A stretch of DNA of 64,000 nt from a virus (taxonomy: Duplodnaviria; Caudoviricetes): positions 32,001 through 96,000 of IMG/VR virus record IMGVR_UViG_3300015360_000023. One strand, written 5' to 3'. Made by a program: the position numbers and the translations under genes. This document shows positions 48,212 through 57,934 of the stretch, piece after piece; the stretch's first letter is position 1; the number at the start of each line of letters is the position of its first letter. Below the pieces are notes generated by a model. It was given only the letters and a program-made list of their open reading frames with translations, was not told the origin of the DNA and searched no databases.

Positions 48212-51200
48212 ATGAGTTTTTTAGGCAAATTAGCTAATCAATTAAATAGCCAATTTTCTGTTGGTGAGAATCAGAATCATACACTAGACACTGACGGTCA
48301 AAAGTATGGTGTATTGGGGGATTTTGCCAAAAAATTCGATCATTCTTCTGAAAGAAGATATGTAGAAGAAGGATATCTTAGAAGAGATCCCTTCAATACA
48401 GACCCTAAGCAATTTGAAGTTCTTATGCAAGAACCAAATGCTACAGTTTTGGTTAAGAAGAGAATGTTTTCTTCTGTCAACGAAAACTATAGACCGGATT
48501 TCATGGATGCTGATGAAAAGTTGTATTTCAAAGCAATGAAGATCTTGTTTCAAAACAAGTGTCGCCAAATTTCAGCGTTAGAAAAACTATCTAAAATTCA
48601 GAAAATTACAGAGTCTGTTGGTAGTGTTGCTGACCAGCTTATGCCAATCATCATTAGCTTAAGTGATGAAGCTAATGCTGGGTTCCCTGATTTACTGGGT
48701 GGCGGCAAGAATGATTTATTTGGACAAATTAACAATCCAGGCGATGTTAGTAAATTTGCTAAGGTAATAGATAGAGTTAGAAGAGTCTATGCTTTCAATA
48801 CGACTAATAGTTTAACAACCTGGATCACCGATCCCACCAACATGTTTCAATCTCAGTTCGGACAAGGTACTGGAGTTATTGAGATAACTAATTTCACTAA
48901 TCTAAATACTTCTGCGACCCTTGATATTAAAACTCCAGGTAACTTTAGCTTAAACATAGTGGATCCTTATGAAGCTATGTTAATTACTGAATATGATATT
49001 GAAAGAGCATTGAGTGATGCCACTAATTCTTTTTATAATCATAAGATTTTCCAATTCGGTAAGAATAGCGCAGATCAAATTATTGCCGATACTACTACAA
49101 GATTAAATCAGCTTAGAGCTTTAAGAAAAGTAAGTCCAATTAGTTTTAAGATCAACCCTGATACCTTATTAGGCCGCAGAGTTGTTGCCGTTGTAGATCG
49201 ACAGGGGCTTGAAATTCCGTTTAACTATAATGGTGGCGGAACAGGTGGTGGCGGTGCGAGCGCATCGTCTTTTGCTGGTATTGGCGGACTTGGCGGAGGC
49301 GTAGACGTTTCTGATGCATATCTTATTCATGGAGAGATTCTAGGTCTTGATGGATTAGATACAGAGCGTAAGGGACATCTTGGTCCAGATAGCAATATCA
49401 AGGCGCTATTCCCAGAATCAGAACTATCTGTATTCGGCAGATTGGTTACAGCTATTTTTAGCAAGCTCTCTCTTGAGGCTAATTCACGCGGAGCTTTCGT
49501 AACAAGCAACAAACTTACTAACTATGCTCGTCGTAAGCTTAGATTCAATTTTTCTGGTAAGCTTATTATTCAACCAATGGATACAGTTCATATTTATATG
49601 AACTCCAAAAGTAGATTTGATGGCAAGCTACTTAGCGGATTGAATAATATGTTCACTGGAGCAGGGATTCTTCAAAATCTAAATAAGACTATTACTGATT
49701 TAAAAAATTCTTTTGATACTGTTTTTAATCCGGGAGGCAGCGTTAATCTACAAGTAGAGAAAGCAGCTTTCGTTGGTTCAGATTTTCCTAATTATTTATG
49801 GTCAGTTATTAGAAATCAGTTCGTAAATGAAAAAGAAGGTACTCATGTTTTCGCAGGTATCGTCCAAGGCGCATCAGATAGTTGGAGTGATGGTAAGTTT
49901 ACTGTCTCTGTAAATGGAACCGATAATAGTGGCTATTTTGAAATGGGTAAAATAAATTTTAAACCAAGTTCAGATGTATTCAATGGGTCACTGTTTGATC
50001 CATTAACCCCTTTTAAATCAAAATTTGATTCTATTAGCAGTGTAGGCGGCGGGGACTCTCCAACTTTATTACTTGAAAATCAATATTTGCTTGGGACATC
50101 TCAAGATTCAGACTCGGCTCTTGTGAAATTTAAGCTTGGTCCAAATGCAGGAAAGCCTGCCCGCTCAGATAATGTCGATCAAGATGTTCATATTGATGAA
50201 TCAACTCGCGCCTTGAGTAAAGTTTTTTATGCCCCTGATGGGTTGGTCTATAAATGGAAAGAGGGTATTGGTACATTAGTTCAATTTGGGAGTTCTATTG
50301 AGGCAAATAATCCAAATAGAGTTGGTAATCAATCTATTGGTAAAGAACCATTTGCTGGTCAAGATATAATGAATGTTTTGTCTTTGTTAATTACGGCGCA
50401 GCCCTATAACTTTGCCAATTATTGGAAAGCGGTTTCCAATTTTGATGGGTTCCAAAGAGACCCTCAGAGTCAACAAGATTCTGCCTATTCTTTTTTTGAT
50501 TCTTTAAAACGCGATCTTGCTAAAAGTAATTCTGTTTGGGGCAACTTTATTCCATTTAAAACACTATCTATTAGTGAAGAGTCATTTGCTGGTATGATGA
50601 GTTCTCAATTTTCATACGTAAGAGATAATAAAGATTTAGATGCCAAGCTTAAAAAGCTTGCCGACGCTAAGGCTGCCGCACGTATATTTGCAAATGGAAA
50701 AGCTATTGCAACTGCTGATACAAGCAAATATAATGCAAATCAACTTCAAGCTCAGGCAGAAGCTGATAAACTTGAAGAAGATACGACTGCTCTGATTGCG
50801 CGTCTCCAAGAAGGTGATAAATTCAACAACTCAAGAACGCAATTTGGTAGTGATGTATCATATGATTTTAATGAGTTTCTAAATGCAGGAAATCCTAATA
50901 AGCAATTATCAGATGCAGCCACTCGTAGATTACTTAGACGACAAATAAATTATTTGACTCGTAGAATGTCTTACAACGTAAGGGCTAATGAAGATAAAAA
51001 TCTTTTCATTGTAGATGATTCTTACGATAAAGATTATGATATCGCCGCTTTTGAACAATCATTAAATAGTGAAGGCCTTAAGCTTTTCAATAATGAATTT
51101 AACAGTGTTAAAGAAAAGATTGTACAAACTGCCGACCTTCTTAATATGGAGGTATTTGCTGATACACAGGGGCACATCCGTGTACGCTCGCCTCAGTATA

Positions 51201-53368
51201 ATAGAATGCCAGGCTCTATTTTCTATAGAATGATGTTTCTAAAAAAGTCTACAGGATTACAGGTATTTCCTCAATTTCTAGATGATTTGTTTGGAGATCA
51301 GATAAAGACACTTACACAGAGAGTTGAAATTTTAGAAGACCAAATCAGATTAGATTGCGCAATATTAGGTATTGGTTCGGCTGCCGATGGTACTCCCGAT
51401 CCAGATTTTATTGCAGATGGGAAGGCTGTTGCCTTTCTTACCAATTCAAAAGCAACATCAAATAAAGGTGAGCCATTTAACTTTATCTCTAATACTAATG
51501 GAGTTATTACAGATATAATTACTGCTTTAGATGCTGCCCACCCTTTAACTAGGGAAGAGCTAAAGCATAATGAAACTTTTGCAAATATAACAAATCAAGT
51601 TACAAAAGTAAGTCAGATATTTCCTAATACACAGAGATTTCAAGTAGTGTTAGATGCCATCATAACTACTAAATTAGCACTGGCAGGATATGGTATTCAA
51701 GATATCACTCCATTTAATAATAACAATCGTATTGATAAATTGATTCAAAGAATTCAAAATAAGTCAGGTCAGAAAATTTCTAGAACTGCCTTCATAAATG
51801 CCAATGACATTTTTAATAATGGGCAACCTGCCGCTTCAGCCGGGCCATCCATTGACGTCTTTAAAGTAACTGAGGAGTTGGCTGATAAAATTGCCGATCG
51901 CCAAAGGGCTCTCAAATTATTATTCTCTGCCGTTACAAATGCAGTTGAAGCTCGTTCTTTGGATGATGACAGTAGCACAGCCAGCAGGCTATTAACGCCA
52001 GGCGTATATGGTAATTCTCATACTCCAGAAATCTTTGAACATATGATCGAAGATGAAACCTATGACGATTATGGTCCTGGTTCTGGTAAGCGATACATCA
52101 TTAAACGCGCCCAAATTAGAAGCTTAAATATCAGTGAGACTCCACCAGATTATACCTCAATAACTGTTATTGGACAGATGAATCCACTTAATCCAAATAG
52201 TACTTTACCATCCGATCTGAATGTATTTCCTGGTGGCGGCAATAGCATGGTAAGTGCTTCAGCTATTGATTATGATACATGGAGAAATTATGGGTTCAGA
52301 GAGCAGTCTCCACTTAATCTTCCGTTTCTAAGTGATCCAAATACACAATGTGCTCCTTACGCTAGTATGATGTTAAGCCGCGCTCGCCGTAATATTTTAA
52401 GAGGCTCAGTTACTATTTCTGGTAATGAATTTATGCAGCCAGGAGAAGTTATTTTCTTGGAAGATAGAGGAATGTTATTTTATGTTTCTTCCGTCAAACA
52501 TAATTTTCAATTTGGTAGTTCATTTACTACAACACTTGATTTAACTTATGGTCATACTCCTGGAGAATACATTCCAACTCCACTTGATATTGTTGGAAAA
52601 ATTCTTTATAAGAACAGAGATGTTGCCGGATTTGCTGTTCAAAGACAATCAAGCTCTACTAATGATAAAGATATTGGAATTGTTTTAAGAGATCCAAAAT
52701 CTCTTAAGCCATTTAATAAAGGTGGAGATCCAAAAGAAACTGTAACTGCTTTTAGTGCCGCTAATACCGCCACTATTAACAACATACTTTATACAGCAGC
52801 CTATTTGATTAATGCAAATAATACTAAAGGTAACAACATCAAGGCAACTGCGGAACTTAGAATTTATTTTGATAAAAGCAATACCCTTGATTCGGATCTT
52901 GAAACATTTGCTGGTGAAGTAATGACTTCATTAACTGTTGCGGGTCAAGGACCAAAACAAAGTTATAATAAAAATGACGGAACTTCAAGTAATCCTGTTT
53001 TATCTAAAGATAGCGTAAAGGTAGTGCCGGTTGATTTGGCAGATGAAGCAGTTTTTAATTCACCATCTCAAAAAGCAATTGATGCTTGTAGAAACTATCT
53101 CTCTATGGCCAGTATGGCTGGTGGGGGAGCTTCTTCACCAGGCGCCCCAAGTGCCAGTGGATTTGGCTCAGCTTTAGCTGGCCTAGGCTCCGCACTTACT
53201 TCTAACCCATTTTCATCTAGTGGTGGTGATCCAGTTAAGTCTGGAGATAAAGAAAATTCATTAAAACAAAGAGCGCAGTTAAAAACCGTATTGTACAAAT
53301 ATATAGTAGATATCTGGATCAAGTTTGAAGAAGTTCCAGAAGCCGTAGCTAAGGCTCAAGGCAAATAA
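48212..53368 (+). CDS. Baseplate hub protein (gp27/gpD-like) with large insertions (1718 aa)
   Basis: EVFADTQGHIRVR.P and G..TI.G.....PG.......Y.SSVKH.F.....FTT.L.L hub motifs; position before spike. Confidence 0.7.
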   Translation: MSFLGKLANQLNSQFSVGENQNHTLDTDGQKYGVLGDFAKKFDHSSERRYVEEGYLRRDPFNTDPKQFEVLMQEPNATVLVKKRMFSSVNENYRPDFMDADEKLYFKAMKILFQNKCRQISALEKLSKIQKITESVGSVADQLMPIIISLSDEANAGFPDLLGGGKNDLFGQINNPGDVSKFAKVIDRVRRVYAFNTTNSLTTWITDPTNMFQSQFGQGTGVIEITNFTNLNTSATLDIKTPGNFSLNIVDPYEAMLITEYDIERALSDATNSFYNHKIFQFGKNSADQIIADTTTRLNQLRALRKVSPISFKINPDTLLGRRVVAVVDRQGLEIPFNYNGGGTGGGGASASSFAGIGGLGGGVDVSDAYLIHGEILGLDGLDTERKGHLGPDSNIKALFPESELSVFGRLVTAIFSKLSLEANSRGAFVTSNKLTNYARRKLRFNFSGKLIIQPMDTVHIYMNSKSRFDGKLLSGLNNMFTGAGILQNLNKTITDLKNSFDTVFNPGGSVNLQVEKAAFVGSDFPNYLWSVIRNQFVNEKEGTHVFAGIVQGASDSWSDGKFTVSVNGTDNSGYFEMGKINFKPSSDVFNGSLFDPLTPFKSKFDSISSVGGGDSPTLLLENQYLLGTSQDSDSALVKFKLGPNAGKPARSDNVDQDVHIDESTRALSKVFYAPDGLVYKWKEGIGTLVQFGSSIEANNPNRVGNQSIGKEPFAGQDIMNVLSLLITAQPYNFANYWKAVSNFDGFQRDPQSQQDSAYSFFDSLKRDLAKSNSVWGNFIPFKTLSISEESFAGMMSSQFSYVRDNKDLDAKLKKLADAKAAARIFANGKAIATADTSKYNANQLQAQAEADKLEEDTTALIARLQEGDKFNNSRTQFGSDVSYDFNEFLNAGNPNKQLSDAATRRLLRRQINYLTRRMSYNVRANEDKNLFIVDDSYDKDYDIAAFEQSLNSEGLKLFNNEFNSVKEKIVQTADLLNMEVFADTQGHIRVRSPQYNRMPGSIFYRMMFLKKSTGLQVFPQFLDDLFGDQIKTLTQRVEILEDQIRLDCAILGIGSAADGTPDPDFIADGKAVAFLTNSKATSNKGEPFNFISNTNGVITDIITALDAAHPLTREELKHNETFANITNQVTKVSQIFPNTQRFQVVLDAIITTKLALAGYGIQDITPFNNNNRIDKLIQRIQNKSGQKISRTAFINANDIFNNGQPAASAGPSIDVFKVTEELADKIADRQRALKLLFSAVTNAVEARSLDDDSSTASRLLTPGVYGNSHTPEIFEHMIEDETYDDYGPGSGKRYIIKRAQIRSLNISETPPDYTSITVIGQMNPLNPNSTLPSDLNVFPGGGNSMVSASAIDYDTWRNYGFREQSPLNLPFLSDPNTQCAPYASMMLSRARRNILRGSVTISGNEFMQPGEVIFLEDRGMLFYVSSVKHNFQFGSSFTTTLDLTYGHTPGEYIPTPLDIVGKILYKNRDVAGFAVQRQSSSTNDKDIGIVLRDPKSLKPFNKGGDPKETVTAFSAANTATINNILYTAAYLINANNTKGNNIKATAELRIYFDKSNTLDSDLETFAGEVMTSLTVAGQGPKQSYNKNDGTSSNPVLSKDSVKVVPVDLADEAVFNSPSQKAIDACRNYLSMASMAGGGASSPGAPSASGFGSALAGLGSALTSNPFSSSGGDPVKSGDKENSLKQRAQLKTVLYKYIVDIWIKFEEVPEAVAKAQGK

Positions 53369-55389
53369 TGACTAATCCTAATAAATTAAACGAAGAGGTT
53401 GGCCTATTACGAAGAGGCTGGATTCATGCTTTTAATGAAGCAAAGGGAAAGATCTTTGTCAAGCTTCTTAACTCACCTGTCTCTGGTAGTAACCCGCCAG
53501 TAACCGTTGATGCTCCTCATGGTTTATTTTATAATAATGGTATTTATGTTGGCACCGCCCCAGATATAGGCACGCCCGTTGTTGTAGGCTTGGGTAGTGG
53601 TGGTGAATATTACTTCGTATCATTCTTGTCTGAAAATAAAAATAAAGTTCCTACTTTAACGCCAGGCGAATTGCTTATTAGTTCTAATGATAGAACAAGA
53701 ATAACTCTCAACACATCTAACCATATTACTATTGGTTCAGATGGAAATAAAATTCAAATAAACACTACTCAAAATTATATGAGTAGAAATTTCCATAACG
53801 ATTATAAGTTTACTCAAGCCAGTAGAAAAATAGATGGCGTGATTAAGAGAGACTTAATTAGGAATACAAATTTCAGTCAAAATTCCAAGTTGGAAGGAAC
53901 TGGGTACGAACCAGAGTATCACATTATCTCAATGGATCCAACGGTTACCTCTTCTCCAATTATTTCTGGCTCAAGTAAGAATCCTCCTTTCGTAGAAAAT
54001 AGAGAAACCATTTATGAGTTTCAATATAAATCTAATATTGCAGACGATCTAAATGAGTCTACTATTTATTCAGACACTGGAACCAAAAAAAGAAAAGACT
54101 ATAGCTATCCAAGCCGCCGAGTCAGCAGAGCAGATACTCTTAGTTTAAGCTTAGTTTCTCCAAATTATTTGATGGAAAGCATCAAGGGAACTGTTGTAGA
54201 TATCTTTGGTAATATTTTAGATTTAAATAGATTTCCATTACCTATTGGTAAAGATCAAAACACTATTAAGTCTGATAAGAGTACTGACAAAGTTAAATCT
54301 TTTCTAAATATCAAGGCTCTTCAAAGAAAAAGTTTAGCGTATCATTTTGAAATCAATACTAGAAAAGATTTAAGCGGAAAGAGCGGTACCGTTGCTCTAC
54401 CAGATATTACTTCTAGCAAAGACTACGCAAGAGATAGAAGTCGCTTTTTCATTGATATTGATAAAGAAGGGCAGTTTAAAATTAATGTTCCAGCTTCTAG
54501 CGAGGCCGGTAATATTCCATTACTAACTCGTTATGAAAACTATTCTACATATGGACCAGAAGACAATGGTAATCCAGATAAGATAGTTCAATTGGAAAAT
54601 AATCAGGATATTTTCCATGATTGTTTTGGTGCTCAGGCTATTAAGCCAGTTCCAAAAGGATTTCAGCCAATAGATAAAGATAATCGAAGAGGCTCTATCG
54701 CATTAAAAACGGGAGATGGTGCCAACGCCGCTCCTAAGGACAGACTTACTAATCAGCACATTAGTCATGGTATGGTTTACCATGACATTCTTCAGACATG
54801 CTTCGTTCATCAAAACAATGATTATTTGAACTTTCAAGCAGGTGAAGTTATCCCATTAACTGTAGATTTATCTACTATTAAGAAACTTGAAAATATTGTT
54901 TCTCCTACTATAATTACGTCTGGAAACAGCGCTAATGGTGGTGGAAGAAGTGGCTCTATTAATTTCGATGGTTCTATTGAATTAAACATTGGAGCTAACA
55001 CTGTTGATAGGCAATCAGTATGGCTTGATACCGCAGGTGGTATGGTAGCAAATATTGGACGAGATAAAAATGGAAGAAGTATTATTGCAGCTACAGGAGG
55101 AGATGTCTTTCTTCAAATTGGTGGATTTGGAATCGCAGCAGATAGTAGATTCACTGAAGACAATAATATCAAAGAAGGTGTTCTAGATCTAAGAATAATG
55201 GGTTCTGGAGGCTATTGCCATATGCTTCGAATTGATAGTCAGGGTGTAACTGTTTTGACTCCAGGAGCATTAAGAATACATTCTAAAAAAGATATGACGC
55301 TTACTTCAGATAAAAACATTAGAATTGAATGCAACACACTTATTCTACAAGAAAGAATGCATTTGAAAGGCTTCGGAGGATCATCATGA
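53368..55389 (+). CDS. Baseplate central spike (gp5/gpV-like, 673 aa)
   Basis: N-terminal OB-like domain (P..GTPVVVG), C-terminal beta-helix repeats (LRIHSKKDMTLTSDKNIRIECN). Confidence 0.7.
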   Translation: MTNPNKLNEEVGLLRRGWIHAFNEAKGKIFVKLLNSPVSGSNPPVTVDAPHGLFYNNGIYVGTAPDIGTPVVVGLGSGGEYYFVSFLSENKNKVPTLTPGELLISSNDRTRITLNTSNHITIGSDGNKIQINTTQNYMSRNFHNDYKFTQASRKIDGVIKRDLIRNTNFSQNSKLEGTGYEPEYHIISMDPTVTSSPIISGSSKNPPFVENRETIYEFQYKSNIADDLNESTIYSDTGTKKRKDYSYPSRRVSRADTLSLSLVSPNYLMESIKGTVVDIFGNILDLNRFPLPIGKDQNTIKSDKSTDKVKSFLNIKALQRKSLAYHFEINTRKDLSGKSGTVALPDITSSKDYARDRSRFFIDIDKEGQFKINVPASSEAGNIPLLTRYENYSTYGPEDNGNPDKIVQLENNQDIFHDCFGAQAIKPVPKGFQPIDKDNRRGSIALKTGDGANAAPKDRLTNQHISHGMVYHDILQTCFVHQNNDYLNFQAGEVIPLTVDLSTIKKLENIVSPTIITSGNSANGGGRSGSINFDGSIELNIGANTVDRQSVWLDTAGGMVANIGRDKNGRSIIAATGGDVFLQIGGFGIAADSRFTEDNNIKEGVLDLRIMGSGGYCHMLRIDSQGVTVLTPGALRIHSKKDMTLTSDKNIRIECNTLILQERMHLKGFGGSS

Positions 55390-55742
55390 AAAAATTGAAT
55401 ATCGTTATTTATAACAAACTACTTGCTCAGGCCGAAGAGGCTAAAGCACAAGGCCTTACTAAGTTGGCCTCCGGAATTTTAGAAGCCATTGGATCTCATC
55501 CCAATGAAGAAGAATCTGAATACTCTTATAAGCAACTTCAGGATGATGTTCATCGAGATTTATGGAAAGTAGCTAGTCGTTTATTACATTATTACGACGT
55601 TCAAAGTTTAGATGCAGAAAAGATTGATGCCGAGATTCTTGTTTGGGCATCTAAGTTAGTCGATGGCCTAGAAGAAACTATTGGAGTAGACGAAGTCTTA
55701 GTGGGTGCACTGGAGCCAAAAGTTCCAGGACAAGATAAGTAA
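55386..55742 (+). CDS. Small acidic helical protein (118 aa), KLA motif
   Basis: ATGA coupling gives start 55386; KLLAQAEEAKAQGLTKLA. Confidence 0.6.
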   Translation: MKKLNIVIYNKLLAQAEEAKAQGLTKLASGILEAIGSHPNEEESEYSYKQLQDDVHRDLWKVASRLLHYYDVQSLDAEKIDAEILVWASKLVDGLEETIGVDEVLVGALEPKVPGQDK

Positions 55743-55762
55743 GTGATATATAAAGAAGTATA

Positions 55763-57934
55763 ATGAGTCCTTGTGATCCGAATGATGTATCAGTTAATGT
55801 TCCGGATGGCCCGAGTGGTCCAGCCATTCCTGGGTTTGGTACGCCTTTCGCATTAAAACTGCCCAATTTGAATCCTTTTCCAGATGGATTCCCTGAGAAC
55901 TTATTAGAGCTATTAGAGAAGTTACAATTTTTGATTCCACCGGGCGCCCTAAAAGCACCCTTGAATCCAAATTTCGGCAAAGATGTGTTCGATGCTATCA
56001 TGAAGCTATTGGACCAGTTCATGCCATTCTTAATGTTGTATAAATTCTTTCTTCCTATTCTGGAACTTATTATTTGTATTATTGAAGTGCTATGTGCCTT
56101 GATGAATCCATTCAAACTTATTAGAGCTTTGAATAGATTGTTTACTCGTTGTATTCCGGCCTTCTTGAATCTGTTTCCGATTTTTGCTTTAATTATTATG
56201 ATTATTTCTTTGTTGTTGCTTATCCTAGCACTCATCGAATACATTATCTCTCAAATCATTAAGCTCATCCTAATGATTCTAAGAAATATCAATGCGCTTA
56301 TCAAAGCCTTTGATGATGGTGACGAAGACGGTGTCTTAGCGATTGTTCAAAAGCTAGGATCTCTTCTATGTATGTTCCAAAATTTGTTTGTACTATTCTC
56401 TATTTTTAATATCATCATTCAGGTTATTAAAGATATTCTTTCCTTGCTATTCCATATTCCTCCTTGTGAAGATGGTGATCCAAGCGATGAAGATAACTGC
56501 TGTACTCCCGATGTATGTCCAGCCATTGTTAAGCAACAATATCAGAGATCCACTGGTCACTTCAGATATCTACCGCAGGTGTCTGTCGCCACATCCTTGT
56601 CGTTACCTGCCGCCTTTGGTGGTGCATTTAATTTTGATGTTCGTCCAGAGAGTATGCAGTTGTTCGATCTTGAACAAGGGTTAAATGAACAGTTCAGAAA
56701 TATCTTTGATGCTAATGATGTAACTATTTCTCCAAAGCCAGTCTTCTTCCCAACAGATGCGACGTACACCAATACGACTGATCCGCGTCAGGCCCCTTAT
56801 GTCATTGACATGAGAATGTACTACAATCCAGCAAGCTGGGGTCGTCAAGGTTCTGCTCGCTTTATCAAATTCACTAACTGTATATTGACTAAGGTTCCAA
56901 GCACATCATTAACTAACGGTGACTTATCTATTACGGATATTTATAATGCAGTTGGAATTCCAGCAGGCGGCATCGGCTTCGAAGATGACGGTAGCACTCT
57001 ATTTGGATTTGCTGCTGACGGAGTAACTCCAACGCTAATCCCAGCTACCCTTGAGAACTTTTTCCATATGCCGGGATTTGCTTCATCAAATCCACATCTA
57101 AAGATTACTGATGGGTACCAATTCAATAATGTTGAATATATTTTCAAGCCAAATATCGCTCCTCTTCTACAGAAGAACATCGTTACTCTTGGATGTGTTC
57201 CATCTATTGCAACCAATAGATCTTTTATCAATAATATCTTTGCTGGCGATATTGCCCTTAAAACTCAATTACTAGGCAGACTAGTTAATAGCCCTGCATT
57301 CCCAAGTCCCGCAGCCGCTCAAGAGTGTTTAGCTACCGCTATTACAGGCCTAAGAGCCAATATGACTGCCGCAGGAGTTGCGGTATTTCAGGCAACTTGC
57401 GATATCTGTCTTGATAAACTTAGAACAGATACTAATAATGCTTTAGGTCAAATGGTTGGAATTGGATTCGATCCATGTAAGAGCACAATCGTAGCCTCAC
57501 CAAGCCAGCAGTTCACCACATTGCCAATCGTAGTGACGGTCAACCTAAATGAAAGAAATGGTCTACCACTAAGTACCGGAGTTTCTACTATAGTTGGTAA
57601 TGACTTAGCGGCCCGTATTAAGGGTCACGTTACTTTTGGAAATGTTGGTAACTTTACTTATGATGGATACCAAGCATTCACTGCAAATATTACTAGCGCT
57701 ACGCCAGGTAATGGAACCCTAATGGTTTCTTTTGATAATCAAACTTTCTGTACTAACACTATTCCAGATGATGTTGATGTATCTCCTACTCACGACTTGC
57801 AAGAAATTCCATACAGATTCATTTACGCTCCATTCACTTTGGGCGGCGGAGTTGGTACGGGCGAAGGCGATACCGATGGCCAGCCAAGAAGAGATGCGGG
57901 TGACCAGGCCAAAGAGAGTGGCGGGGATAACTAA
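55763..57934 (+). CDS. Baseplate-region protein with long hydrophobic helical segment (723 aa)
   Basis: Very hydrophobic stretch around aa 75-230; Cys clusters; between spike and gp25. Confidence 0.65.
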   Translation: MSPCDPNDVSVNVPDGPSGPAIPGFGTPFALKLPNLNPFPDGFPENLLELLEKLQFLIPPGALKAPLNPNFGKDVFDAIMKLLDQFMPFLMLYKFFLPILELIICIIEVLCALMNPFKLIRALNRLFTRCIPAFLNLFPIFALIIMIISLLLLILALIEYIISQIIKLILMILRNINALIKAFDDGDEDGVLAIVQKLGSLLCMFQNLFVLFSIFNIIIQVIKDILSLLFHIPPCEDGDPSDEDNCCTPDVCPAIVKQQYQRSTGHFRYLPQVSVATSLSLPAAFGGAFNFDVRPESMQLFDLEQGLNEQFRNIFDANDVTISPKPVFFPTDATYTNTTDPRQAPYVIDMRMYYNPASWGRQGSARFIKFTNCILTKVPSTSLTNGDLSITDIYNAVGIPAGGIGFEDDGSTLFGFAADGVTPTLIPATLENFFHMPGFASSNPHLKITDGYQFNNVEYIFKPNIAPLLQKNIVTLGCVPSIATNRSFINNIFAGDIALKTQLLGRLVNSPAFPSPAAAQECLATAITGLRANMTAAGVAVFQATCDICLDKLRTDTNNALGQMVGIGFDPCKSTIVASPSQQFTTLPIVVTVNLNERNGLPLSTGVSTIVGNDLAARIKGHVTFGNVGNFTYDGYQAFTANITSATPGNGTLMVSFDNQTFCTNTIPDDVDVSPTHDLQEIPYRFIYAPFTLGGGVGTGEGDTDGQPRRDAGDQAKESGGDN

